Assembly: GCA_040220235.1 (NCBI GenBank) | Contig: JAVJTO010000083.1 | Source of the DNA: Coleofasciculus sp. B1-GNL1-01 | GTDB lineage: Bacteria > Cyanobacteriota > Cyanobacteriia > Cyanobacteriales > Coleofasciculaceae | Strand: one strand, 5' to 3' | DNA: 53,074 nt | Shown: positions 19,502 through 28,977 of the stretch, piece by piece | How the letters are laid out: every line of letters begins with the position of its first letter | Position numbering within the stretch: position 1 is the first letter of the stretch | Program-made: the position numbers and the translations under genes | Notes under the pieces: generated by a model | The model's input: the letters and a program-made list of their open reading frames with translations, nothing else | Databases searched by the model: none | What the model was told of the DNA's origin: nothing

Positions 19502-20509
19502 ATGCCTAAAATTCATCTTTTCGGACTATGCATGGTTCTCTTAATTAGTAGTTGTAATGGGAATAACGATCCTGTTGGCTCTCAAGAAGATATCTCCACT
19601 TCTAATGAGGAGTCTAATTCTAATGAGGAAATCGCGGAAACATCAACCCAAACTACCCCTGAACCGAGAACCCCTCCCTCTCCATCAGAACTCTGTCAAG
19701 ACGTGCAAATTTCAGAGAGTGACCAACCCGTTACCTTATCAAACCTTCAATTCTATCGTTCTCCCCCTAATCCCATTAACTTTGATGATTCTTTAGCTTT
19801 AGGGTCTAATTTTGGGACTGACAGCGATGAGGATAATCTAATTGGCTGCGTTACTAATCATAGCCAAGACCCCCTTGCAGGAATTCATCTTGAGATCAGT
19901 TACAATGAGGGGAATACCTATGGAGCGGGGATAGCAAATTCCCCAAATCAGGAAATACCACCAAGAGAGACTGTTCCCTTTCGCCATTCAATTGGTATTG
20001 ATTCCGATACTCAGACAGTCACAATTAATAAAGTTACGACACTTGAGCCAACAGCAACAGAAGGTTTCTATGAACCGTTAGAAAGTTTTAACCTTGAGAA
20101 AACTGTAACCTATGTACCTGCCACAATACCATCAGTAGAATCAATAGAGCAGTTGTGTGCAGACGTAAAACCTACCCAATCTGACCAACCGTTAGAAGTC
20201 AATAACTTACAAATTTACGACCCTCCCCAAGATCCGTATAACTTTGGATTTGCACGAGAGTCTGTTCTAGTGGGTTGTATAACAAACCACAGCAACGAAC
20301 CATTACATAGTTTAGGGATGTCTTATAGTTCTAATGGAACAGGGCTAGGCGGCGCAACAGTAAAAATTCCTGTGAAGGAAATTCCATCCAAGCAAACTGT
20401 TGTGTTTCGGAAATTTGGGAGTCTCTCAGCGGATACTGAATTTATTGTCATTCATTCCATTGGTGGAAATAGCGGTGAAGTAGAGTTAGAGGTTACAGTC
20501 AACCGATAA
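19502..20509 (+). CDS. Predicted lipoprotein with two tandem beta-rich domains
   Basis: Lipobox-like LISSC; internal repeat LCxDV..SDQP..NLQ..GC(V/I)TNHS..EIP..TV.FR occurs twice. Confidence 0.75.
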   Translation: MPKIHLFGLCMVLLISSCNGNNDPVGSQEDISTSNEESNSNEEIAETSTQTTPEPRTPPSPSELCQDVQISESDQPVTLSNLQFYRSPPNPINFDDSLALGSNFGTDSDEDNLIGCVTNHSQDPLAGIHLEISYNEGNTYGAGIANSPNQEIPPRETVPFRHSIGIDSDTQTVTINKVTTLEPTATEGFYEPLESFNLEKTVTYVPATIPSVESIEQLCADVKPTQSDQPLEVNNLQIYDPPQDPYNFGFARESVLVGCITNHSNEPLHSLGMSYSSNGTGLGGATVKIPVKEIPSKQTVVFRKFGSLSADTEFIVIHSIGGNSGEVELEVTVNR

Positions 20510-20588
20510 GTTTGCATTGTTTGACAGAGTGTTGAAAGCCTTATTCTACGGTTAATTTAGGTTGTATGAGCCTTTGGGCAATCTTTCT

Positions 20589-21062
20589 CTATCCTTTGTC
20601 CCACGCAATCACCCTAACGTCGTAAAACGTTTCGATCCAAACCTTAGCACCACATCTGGGACTATCGGGACGATAAACAACGCGGCATCCTCCCGGTATT
20701 TCTACCTCATGTCCATACACGTTAGTCTTGCTGGTTTTGTGTTCCTGCTCCTTTGCTGGCGTGGGGTCGCACCACTTTTTGACCGTAATCACGGGCTGTT
20801 GTGAGTTGTGTTTTTGATTGGAGCGAATTCTGTGTGAGTTAACGTGAATGATTGTTTTCGCTGGCTTTCTGGGATTGCGCCAACGGGGTGCCGGACCTCT
20901 TTGACCGGGCTTAATGATCGGTTTGCCGTTGAAGAGGGGCATTAACCACATTTTCCCGGTTTTGTAAGCGCCTTCCACTCTGCCTGACATCAGCAGGACT
21001 CTCAGTCGAGCGGTAGAGATATTTAAAATTTGAGCGGCAACTGCCGTACCGACTATCATCAT
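20589..21062 (-). CDS. Putative DNA-binding protein (excisionase-like HTH N-terminus)
   Basis: GTAVAAQILNISTARLRVLL..GRVEGAYK.GKMW; C-terminal IHVN...VITVK...CGAKVWIET domain. Confidence 0.7.
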   Translation of the reverse strand: MMIVGTAVAAQILNISTARLRVLLMSGRVEGAYKTGKMWLMPLFNGKPIIKPGQRGPAPRWRNPRKPAKTIIHVNSHRIRSNQKHNSQQPVITVKKWCDPTPAKEQEHKTSKTNVYGHEVEIPGGCRVVYRPDSPRCGAKVWIETFYDVRVIAWDKG

Positions 21063-21303
21063 AACTGTAAGGGTAGCGTAATAGTTTTTCGCCCGGTGGC
21101 TGTAAAAATAGTTTACCGCTAGGATGGCGTTGCTCCCTCCTGATTAAAGCGGCTGGTCGGTGCGCGATCGCATGGTGGTTACAGCTTTACTCCAGCGAGA
21201 GCCTTCTCAAACGCAGACGATGTATTGTCTTCTGATACAGGATCGGGAGCTTGCTAAAATTCAAAAATTACGGATCAAAAGTTAGTGGAGTTCTAACCCT
21301 GCC

Positions 21304-22212
21304 TTGCCGAAGAAACCTGAAGAGATAGCCAGAGAAAAAATTGACCAACTCCTAACGGCGGCGGGTTGGGTAGTCCAAGATTACCCAGATTTAAATTTAG
21401 GTGCGGCTCTGGGTGTCGTGGTGCGAGAATATCCTCTCAAAACGGGTGCGGCTGACTATCTGTTGTTTATTAATCGTCAGGCGGCTGGAGTTATTGAAGC
21501 TAAAGCTAAAGGTACAACCCTGAGTGGGGTTGAGGTTCAGTCGGGTAAGTATCTTTTTGGTTTACCGTCGAATTTACCTTGCTATCGTAAACCTTTAGCT
21601 TTTGCCTATGAGAGTACGGGTGATGAGACTTTTTTCCGAGATGAGCGGGATATAGAACCTCGTTCCCGTCGGTTGTTTGCGTTCCATCAGCCAGAGACGT
21701 TGAGGGATTGGTTAGGACAGGAAACGACTCTGAGAAATCAGCTTAGAGAACTGCCAGAGATTCAGACAGCCGATTTAAGGAAATGCCAGGAAGAAGCGAT
21801 CGCGGGTTTATTTCAATCCTTCCGGGACAATCGTCCTAGGGCTTTGATTCAAATGGCGACGGGTAGTGGGAAAACCTATACAGCCGTGAGTTTTATCTAC
21901 TGGTTGATTAAGTTAGCGGGTGCAGAACGGGTTTTATTTCTCGTCGATCGGAAGAATTTGGGAGAGCAGACGCTGAAGGAGTTTCAGCAGTATGTGACTC
22001 CTGATGATGGGCGTAAGTTTACTGAGTTGTACAATGTCCAGTTACTCTCGTCTAACACGATTGATACGGTGAATAAGGTTTGTATCACCACCATTCAGAG
22101 ACTGTATGCCATGTTGAAGGGTGAGGCGGAGTTTGAGGAGGAAGAGGAAGAAGGGTCACTGTTTAGCCGTTCCCAGGACAACGAGATACCGAGGGACGGT
22201 GGCACACCTTAG
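21304..22212 (+). pseudogene. hsdR: Truncated type I restriction enzyme R subunit (EcoEI/EcoAI-like HsdR)
   Basis: ADYLL...VIEAK nuclease motif and QMATGSGKT Walker A; ends before the DExH motif at a MITE; no hsdM/hsdS nearby. Confidence 0.85.
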
Positions 22213-22308
22213 CAAGATGAATTAGAATTACGCCCGGAAACCGTAGGGGCGCATAGCGTGCGCCCGATTCAATGATAAAATCTATTCCACAATTTTAGCT
22301 GTGTCACC
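22198..22308. mobile_element. MITE-like element at the hsdR breakpoint
   Basis: GGTGGCACACCT...AGCTGTGTCACC inverted ends; internal REP GGGCGCATAGCGTGCGCCC. Confidence 0.6.
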
Positions 22309-22487
22309 CCAGTAGGTCGGGTAGACGCCAGGAAACCCAACCGCATCTAGGGCTAAGGTTCCCTTACTACAAGCTCGTTACATTTGTTCATATTTATTGG
22401 ATTTTATCGGGTTTATTGGTTACAGACCCTCAGGAAACGTATAGTTTTATAAGGTCATCCAGAAAAAGCGATCGCGTCTTAACGGCT

Positions 22488-23972
22488 ATGGAAACCAGTG
22501 ATTTTACTCAATCCTCGTCCACTCCCTCATCCCCAGACAAACCCCTGCCCAGAATCAAGATATTGACCATGTTCCGCCTGGGTTTATTCCAGATGGGGTT
22601 AGGGATTATGGCGATTCTCACCTTGGGTATCCTCAACCGGGTGATGATTAGCGAACTGGGGATTAATCCGGCTTATGCTACGGGGGTTTTAGCCATGCAT
22701 CAACTGGTTGCCCCGGCTAGAATTTGGTTTGGTCAACTATCCGATGCTAAACCCCTGTTTGGATATCACCGCAGTGGTTATGTTTGGCTTGGCACCGCTG
22801 GATTTGCGATCGCGGCTTTTTTAGCGGTTCAGGTGATGTGGCAATTGGGTGCAGCAGTACAAACTGCTGGAGGTTGGACATTAAATACTGAAATATTAGG
22901 CTGGACAGCGGTATTGGCATTAATTTTTACCCTCTATGGTTTAGCCCTGAGTGCTAGTTCTACACCCTTTACCGCCATGCTGGTGGATGTTTCGGATGAG
23001 GACAATCGCTCCAAGTTAATCGGCACAACTTGGTCAATGCTGATGGTGGGTATTATTATCGGCGGGATTACCGGGGGTATCTTGCTCAACAGCCTTGATC
23101 CGGCAGAAACAGGATCACAGGTTAGTGCAGAGGTTCTGTCATCACCCTTAGCCACATTACAGACTCCCCTCAACCGCCTGTTTATCATCGTGCCATTGGT
23201 AGTTATCGGATTAACCCTCCTAGCCACTCTAGGAATTGAGAAAAAATACTCCCGCTACGCCTCCCGTTCGAGTTTAGTCGAGCGAGAAGACCAAGTTACC
23301 TTGGGTAGGGCGCTGAAAGTGTTAACCGCCAGTCGCCAAACGGGTTTATTTTTCACCTTTTTACTGGTAATGACGATTAGCCTGTTTATGCAGGAAGGCG
23401 TGTTAGAACCTTATGGCGCTGATGTCTTTGGCATGCCGATTGGTGAAACCACTCGACTCAACTCCTATTGGGGATTAGGGACATTAATTGGTGTGAGTAC
23501 CACAGGGTTTTTAGTCGTACCTCATATTGGTAAGCAGAATACGACGAAATTAGGGTGTCTATCCGTAGCCATTAGCTTCTGTGTGATTATTCTATCGGGA
23601 TTTACCCAACAGGGAGAGATTTTGAAGCTGGCGATGGTGTTATTTGGTCTCGCGGCGGGAATCACCACGACGGGAGGATTAAGTCTGATGCTGGATTTGA
23701 CGGCAGCAGAAACCGCCGGAACCTTTATTGGGGCATGGGGATTAGCCCAAGCGATCGCACGGGGGTTAGCTACCTTTATCGGCGGTTGGGTGTTGTCCAT
23801 TGGAGAAACCCTGTTTACCGCACCTGTATTAGCGTATGGTTTGGTGTTTGCCTTGCAAGCCGTGGGCATGATTGTCGCGATTTGGTTTTTGGGACGAGTG
23901 AACGTGCAAGAATTCCGGGATAATGCCAAACAAGCGATCGCGACGGTTATGGAAAATGATTTAGACGGCTAA
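22488..23972 (+). CDS. PucC/BCD family MFS transporter
   Basis: FRLGLFQMGLG...LNRVMI.EL, FGQLSD, LEPYG, AGTFIGAWGLAQA; many hydrophobic segments. Confidence 0.9.
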   Translation: METSDFTQSSSTPSSPDKPLPRIKILTMFRLGLFQMGLGIMAILTLGILNRVMISELGINPAYATGVLAMHQLVAPARIWFGQLSDAKPLFGYHRSGYVWLGTAGFAIAAFLAVQVMWQLGAAVQTAGGWTLNTEILGWTAVLALIFTLYGLALSASSTPFTAMLVDVSDEDNRSKLIGTTWSMLMVGIIIGGITGGILLNSLDPAETGSQVSAEVLSSPLATLQTPLNRLFIIVPLVVIGLTLLATLGIEKKYSRYASRSSLVEREDQVTLGRALKVLTASRQTGLFFTFLLVMTISLFMQEGVLEPYGADVFGMPIGETTRLNSYWGLGTLIGVSTTGFLVVPHIGKQNTTKLGCLSVAISFCVIILSGFTQQGEILKLAMVLFGLAAGITTTGGLSLMLDLTAAETAGTFIGAWGLAQAIARGLATFIGGWVLSIGETLFTAPVLAYGLVFALQAVGMIVAIWFLGRVNVQEFRDNAKQAIATVMENDLDG

Positions 23973-24096
23973 TACGGATAATATGGTAGGGGCGGGTTTC
24001 ACCCAGATTTAACTAAACCTGCCCTAACTTAATTTTGAGGGTAGACAATTTCTATCCAGGGACTCTGGATGAGGAATTCTATGGATTATTTAACTA

Positions 24097-24897
24097 ATGA
24101 AGGAATTTTGGGCGTCTGTACTCGACTTTGCCAAAGAGATTACCAACCATGTCGGTAGCCAACTCCTGCCTGATTTTCGCTGCTGTCAGGCGTCGCAGAA
24201 AGCGGATGGGAGTTTGGTGACAAAAGCGGATCATTGGGCGGATGAGACGATTCGTCGGGCGATCGCGTCTCGGTTTCCTAGTCACGGAATCATCAGTGAG
24301 GAAGGGGAACATCGGTTTCCGGATACGGAGTGGTGCTGGATTATCGATCCCTTAGATGGTACGACTAACTTTACCCGAGGTATTCCGATTTGGGGGATTT
24401 CTCTGGGCTTGCTGTATCATGGCACACCCGTGTTTGGATATGTCCATTTTCCCCCCATCGGACAATCCTTTCATGGCTTTTGGGCGGGGGAATCGGGATT
24501 ACCGGATATCATCCCTGGGGCGTTTATGAATGAGTTTTCCATCCACAGTAGCCCCGATGAACTCAGTAGCAATCACTTTTTCAACCTTTGCTCTCGCAGT
24601 ACCTCCCTGTTACAGCAACCCTTCCCCTGTAAAATTCGCATGTTAGGGGTTGCCAGTTATAACTTCATTACCGTTGCCACAGGAGCGGTTCTGGGCGGGA
24701 TGGAAGCAACGCCAAAGATTTGGGATATTGCGGGGGCGTGGGTGATTGTAAAAGCAGCGGGTGCGGTTTGGGTGTCCTTGGAATCCAACCCAATTTTCCC
24801 CTTGAAAGTCGGTCAAGATTACGGTGGGCGATCGTTTCCCACACTAATTGTCAGCCGTGCTGAATTAGTGGATGTATTTAAATCCTATATCCAATAG
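24097..24897 (+). CDS. Inositol monophosphatase family protein
   Basis: SEE, WIIDPLDGTTNF, WDIAGA. Confidence 0.9.
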   Translation: MKEFWASVLDFAKEITNHVGSQLLPDFRCCQASQKADGSLVTKADHWADETIRRAIASRFPSHGIISEEGEHRFPDTEWCWIIDPLDGTTNFTRGIPIWGISLGLLYHGTPVFGYVHFPPIGQSFHGFWAGESGLPDIIPGAFMNEFSIHSSPDELSSNHFFNLCSRSTSLLQQPFPCKIRMLGVASYNFITVATGAVLGGMEATPKIWDIAGAWVIVKAAGAVWVSLESNPIFPLKVGQDYGGRSFPTLIVSRAELVDVFKSYIQ

Positions 24898-24940
24898 AAC
24901 CCGAATTAGTTCCTAGAGGTTCCAGTGGAACGTCTCTACA

Positions 24941-25061
24941 AGCTCCCCCAGCTCCTCCAGCTCCTCCAGCTCCCCCAGCTCCCCCAGCTCCTCCCAGCTC
25001 CTCCCAGCTCCCCCCGCTCCCCCAGCTCCCTCAGCTCCCTCAGCTCCCCCCGCTCCCCCAT
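24941..25061. repeat. Tandem 9-bp repeat (AGCTCCCCC)n
   Basis: About 13 imperfect copies next to a REP-like hairpin. Confidence 0.9.
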
Positions 25062-25485
25062 CTCTCCTGAAATCTTGGCTTGAACCTTGATGATCGCTCT
25101 GTCGAGAGGTCATTATGGAAGCGGCAATACGTTACAGCGATCGCTCCTAGTTTTATGCCACTGTACAGATTAATCCGGGTACAGGTTTGGGTAGATCGTG
25201 ATCAGTGGTGACATCGGGAAAGTTAAACCTAACCCAAGGGTGCGACCAAACAGTACTCAAGGTCAACGGGAAGCGGCTTCTCGACCAGTAGCAGGGTATT
25301 AACATTGAAAGGCTCATTAAGAGGAGTGTTGTAAGCAAACCCCCACGAGAGCAATTGCCCTCGTTACCAGAATAAAAAATATCTGTCTGGGGGTAAGGAC
25401 GGGCTAAAGCCGCTTAATGGGGTGTTTTCCCACCCGTTCTTAAGCCAGGTTGTTTGAGAGTATTATGGAGCAATAGAGATTTATC

Positions 25486-26472
25486 ATGTCTTACGAGCAA
25501 GAAAAACAGGTAGCCATTGAGGCGGCACTGACAGCAGCAAAACTCTGTGAGCAAGTTCGCCAAGAACAGGTGACTGAAGCCATGGAAAAGAGCGATAAAA
25601 GCCCGGTCACAGTAGCGGATTTGGGGTCTCAAGCGGTTATCTGTCGAGCGTTAGCGATGGCGTTTCCTGATGACCTTGTGGTGGGCGAAGAAGATGCGTC
25701 CCAGTTGCGTCAACCCGAAATGGCTGATCAACTGAATCGGGTAAGTCACTACGTCAAGTCTGTCGTTGGTGATGCGACACCCGATCAGGTATTGGACTGG
25801 ATTGATCGCGGCAATAGTCAGATTGGGGGGCGCTATTGGACATTAGACCCCATCGATGGCACAAAAGGGTTTCTGCGTCAAGACCAATACGCCGTAGCTT
25901 TAGCCCTGGTAGAACTGGGTGAAGTGAAACTCGGTGTTTTAGCTTGTCCCGCTTTACCCGTTTCACCCTATCAACCCGATGGAGAAAAGGGTGTCCTATT
26001 TGTAGCGGTACGGGGTCAGGGTGCAACCATGGTTCCCATCTCTGGCGGAGAACCTCAGCCGATTCAGGTGACAAAGGCTGATAGTCAGGAGGCGATGCGC
26101 TTTGTCGAGAGTGTGGAATCCGGTCACGGGGATCACTCACGACAGGATGCAGTTGCCAAAGCTGTAGGCATTACCACACCGTCGTTGCGGATGGATTCTC
26201 AAGCCAAGTATGGCGCAGTCGCGTCGGGGCGTGCATCGCTTTACCTGCGTTTGCCATCACCCAAGTCTCCAGACTACCGGGAAAAGATTTGGGATCATGC
26301 GGCGGGAACAATTGTAGTTGAGGAAGCCGGGGGACGGGTGACCGATATGCACGGGAAAGCCCTCAACTTTTCTCTCGGTGCCAAACTGTCTGATAATCAG
26401 GGGGTCATTGTCAGCAATGGTGTGATTCACGATACCGTGCTGGACGCCTTGCGAGAAACGGCGAGCGTGTAA
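25486..26472 (+). CDS. 3'(2'),5'-bisphosphate nucleotidase (HAL2/SAL1-like)
   Basis: KSPVTVAD, WTLDPIDGTKGFLR, DSQAKY, EKIWDHAAG. Confidence 0.92.
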   Translation: MSYEQEKQVAIEAALTAAKLCEQVRQEQVTEAMEKSDKSPVTVADLGSQAVICRALAMAFPDDLVVGEEDASQLRQPEMADQLNRVSHYVKSVVGDATPDQVLDWIDRGNSQIGGRYWTLDPIDGTKGFLRQDQYAVALALVELGEVKLGVLACPALPVSPYQPDGEKGVLFVAVRGQGATMVPISGGEPQPIQVTKADSQEAMRFVESVESGHGDHSRQDAVAKAVGITTPSLRMDSQAKYGAVASGRASLYLRLPSPKSPDYREKIWDHAAGTIVVEEAGGRVTDMHGKALNFSLGAKLSDNQGVIVSNGVIHDTVLDALRETASV

Positions 26473-26558
26473 AAAGGATGCCAATCTAACCACTGTCAGT
26501 AATCAAAAAGGGAAAAGGTTAAACCTTTTCCCTGAAACCTATCCCTCACAACCTTGAG

Positions 26559-27395
26559 TCAATTTTCAGCATTGATTTCAACAGTTGACCCAGAATGACT
26601 CACCAACGGTGCTTCAATCAGTTGATCTAGACCCGCAAAGTTCAAGGCAGATTGCCAATTTTCTTGAACTTGAGGATCATCGGAATCCTTACGTAACTGA
26701 GCCAATCTACCTGTTGCATCCATCCAGAAGCCATATTCAGCGAAAATAGCTGGCTTTTCCCGTTCTGATGCATTGGCTAACTTTTGAGCAAGTTCGGTTT
26801 CTGGAGAAACACGCTCAACCCACCCTTCGACCGTCAAATTTGCAGAAGCATCACCCCCCTGCTCACAACTGAGGGAAAATACCCACTGGTATTTTTCCGA
26901 TTCCTTGAGTAGCTCCTCTTCCTCTGTCATCGGTTCTGGCAGAGTGAACATGACAATTCCTGGCGTTTCGTTTAAAGAAACTATTTCGTGATAAATAATC
27001 CCTTTGTCTGGACTCAGCAATGCAAATTCTGCTTCCTTGGCTTGAGTCTCACCCACGTAAACCAAGAATGTCGGATTCGGTAATGCCGTTACTTCAACTG
27101 GAATTGTGTTTTTTTCTGCAACTTCTGGTACTAAGGGTGTGACCTCGACTTCCTCTCCATAGCACATACCCGAACCTCGCGAGTATCCTGGGGTTCTCCA
27201 CCGAGACGCTCTAATGCTGCGGTTACGAAATCGTAGCCCCTTATTTCCAGCAAAGAGGGTTTCTGAAGGCTTCTGATCATTGTGACTGGACGAAGTGGGT
27301 TTGAAACCAGCGATCGCCAGGGAACTGGCACTCATCACCAATCCCACAGACAACATCAGGGAAAATGTTTTCAGATAGATAGAGGGCTTTTTCAT
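26559..27395 (-). CDS. DUF928 domain exported protein
   Basis: Signal peptide, GYSRG..C, PTFLVYV, TPGIV, YQWVF, GWVERV, GFWMDA; an upstream TTG start at 27428 is possible. Confidence 0.85.
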   Translation of the reverse strand: MKKPSIYLKTFSLMLSVGLVMSASSLAIAGFKPTSSSHNDQKPSETLFAGNKGLRFRNRSIRASRWRTPGYSRGSGMCYGEEVEVTPLVPEVAEKNTIPVEVTALPNPTFLVYVGETQAKEAEFALLSPDKGIIYHEIVSLNETPGIVMFTLPEPMTEEEELLKESEKYQWVFSLSCEQGGDASANLTVEGWVERVSPETELAQKLANASEREKPAIFAEYGFWMDATGRLAQLRKDSDDPQVQENWQSALNFAGLDQLIEAPLVSHSGSTVEINAEN

Positions 27396-27587
27396 GTTAC
27401 GTTTTGCCAATGGCAGCTCTTGAGACAAGTCTAGCCTTATCCTTATTTTTATCTGTAGAGACGTTCTCCCGAAACGCCTCTAGCTGGGGAAAAGCGGATC
27501 AGCTTTTCCCGGGTCTGCATCATAATCCGGGCAGACATTAGGGTTTGGAGTTGAAATTTACAATAGCTCAGTCGTCTGAAGATAAAG

Positions 27588-28466
27588 TTAATTATCAACC
27601 TCAGACTCAGGACTATTAACGGGACGTTCTGCAACAAGATTCTCTAACCCCACAGATGCTAGGAGATCTTTCCAGTCGGCTTGAACTTGAGGATTATTCG
27701 GATAACGCTCCCGTAATTTCGCCAGTGAACTCACTGCCTCTGTCCAAATGCCATGATCCACAAATACTTTCGGTTGCTCCATGTCTGGGGTTTTGGCTAA
27801 CTCTTGCTGCAAAGACTCTTCCTTGGCAATTCGTTTCACCCAACCTTCTGCTGTAGGATTTTGACTCCAATCAGTCTGATCGCAAGGAATAGTTACGAAC
27901 CAGTTGTAGATTTGATCTACTTTTAACAATTCATTATCTGGATTAGCCGGATCGGACTCTGGGAGGCTAATGCTGACAATTCCGGGAGTTTGATTGTCTA
28001 GAGAAATGGTTGCTTCATGAACAACCTCACTCCTGTCTTCAGTCATCAGCGTGAATACTGCTTCCTCGGCTTCAGTCTCAGTGATATGAACTAAGAACGT
28101 CGGCGTTTCCTCGACTGTCAATTCAACGGGAATCTGAGCATTTGTGGACGATTCTTGAGCATCTTCTGGCAACTCCTTACTTTGCAGTTGCGGTAATAAT
28201 GCTGTTACGTTAACTTGTTTTTCTTCATCCCCTATTTTGCAGACTCCCCGCGAGAACCCTCCAGTTCTGCGCCGAGAGGCTCGCATTCTCCGCCGTCGGA
28301 AGCGTAGACCTTTATTCCCCGCGACTAACGTTTCTGAAAGCTTCTGATTTTCCTGATTGGGTGAACTCGGTTTGAGACCAGCGATCGCCATGGCACTGGC
28401 ACTCATCACTAATCCCAGAGACAACATTAGGGAAAACGTTTTAAGATATATAGAGGGCTTTTTCAT
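27588..28466 (-). CDS. DUF928 domain exported protein (tandem paralog)
   Basis: Near-identical N-terminus MKKPSIYLKTFSLMLS; GGFSRG.C, PTFLVHI, YNWFV, GWVKR, GIWTEA, WKDLLASVGL. Confidence 0.85.
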   Translation of the reverse strand: MKKPSIYLKTFSLMLSLGLVMSASAMAIAGLKPSSPNQENQKLSETLVAGNKGLRFRRRRMRASRRRTGGFSRGVCKIGDEEKQVNVTALLPQLQSKELPEDAQESSTNAQIPVELTVEETPTFLVHITETEAEEAVFTLMTEDRSEVVHEATISLDNQTPGIVSISLPESDPANPDNELLKVDQIYNWFVTIPCDQTDWSQNPTAEGWVKRIAKEESLQQELAKTPDMEQPKVFVDHGIWTEAVSSLAKLRERYPNNPQVQADWKDLLASVGLENLVAERPVNSPESEVDN

Positions 28467-28977
28467 GTTACTCCTTGCCAATGGCGGTAATGGATACAAT
28501 TTTAATTAACGCAGTAGTAGAGAGCTTAACTAAGTTAGCGTATTCATCTACAGAGCGACTTCTCTCTATTCAGCAAAATTTCCTGTCCTAGCTGTAAATT
28601 TTAAGCAACGCTAAACCAGGTTAACTCATTTCTTTGTTTATCGCGACTCAGCCAAGACGCTGGCAATGAGCAGCTTTACGGTCTAAACTCGCTCAGTATA
28701 CAATTTAAGCCCCATGACAGTAACAACCTGCCTGGGTACTATATTATATACTGATATTCTATCGGACTCGTCTGTAAAACCTAGTATCATTACACTTCTT
28801 TAAAAAAAGTGATGAATATACCGATAAAATTAGACAGTGGCTATGGTTTACTGACTCTACATTAATTTATATTAAGTTCGATTGTCTTAATCCCCGGCTG
28901 AGAATCCCAATAAATTCCGCCTTAAAGTGGGCATTGTCAGCGAATTAACCCTCAAGCGAACAGGAGGCAATACCAAG

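Noticed and set aside
24913..25338. ORFs 24913-25113 and 25153-25338
   Set aside because: The first is a translation of the 9-bp repeat; the second has no motif or RBS support.
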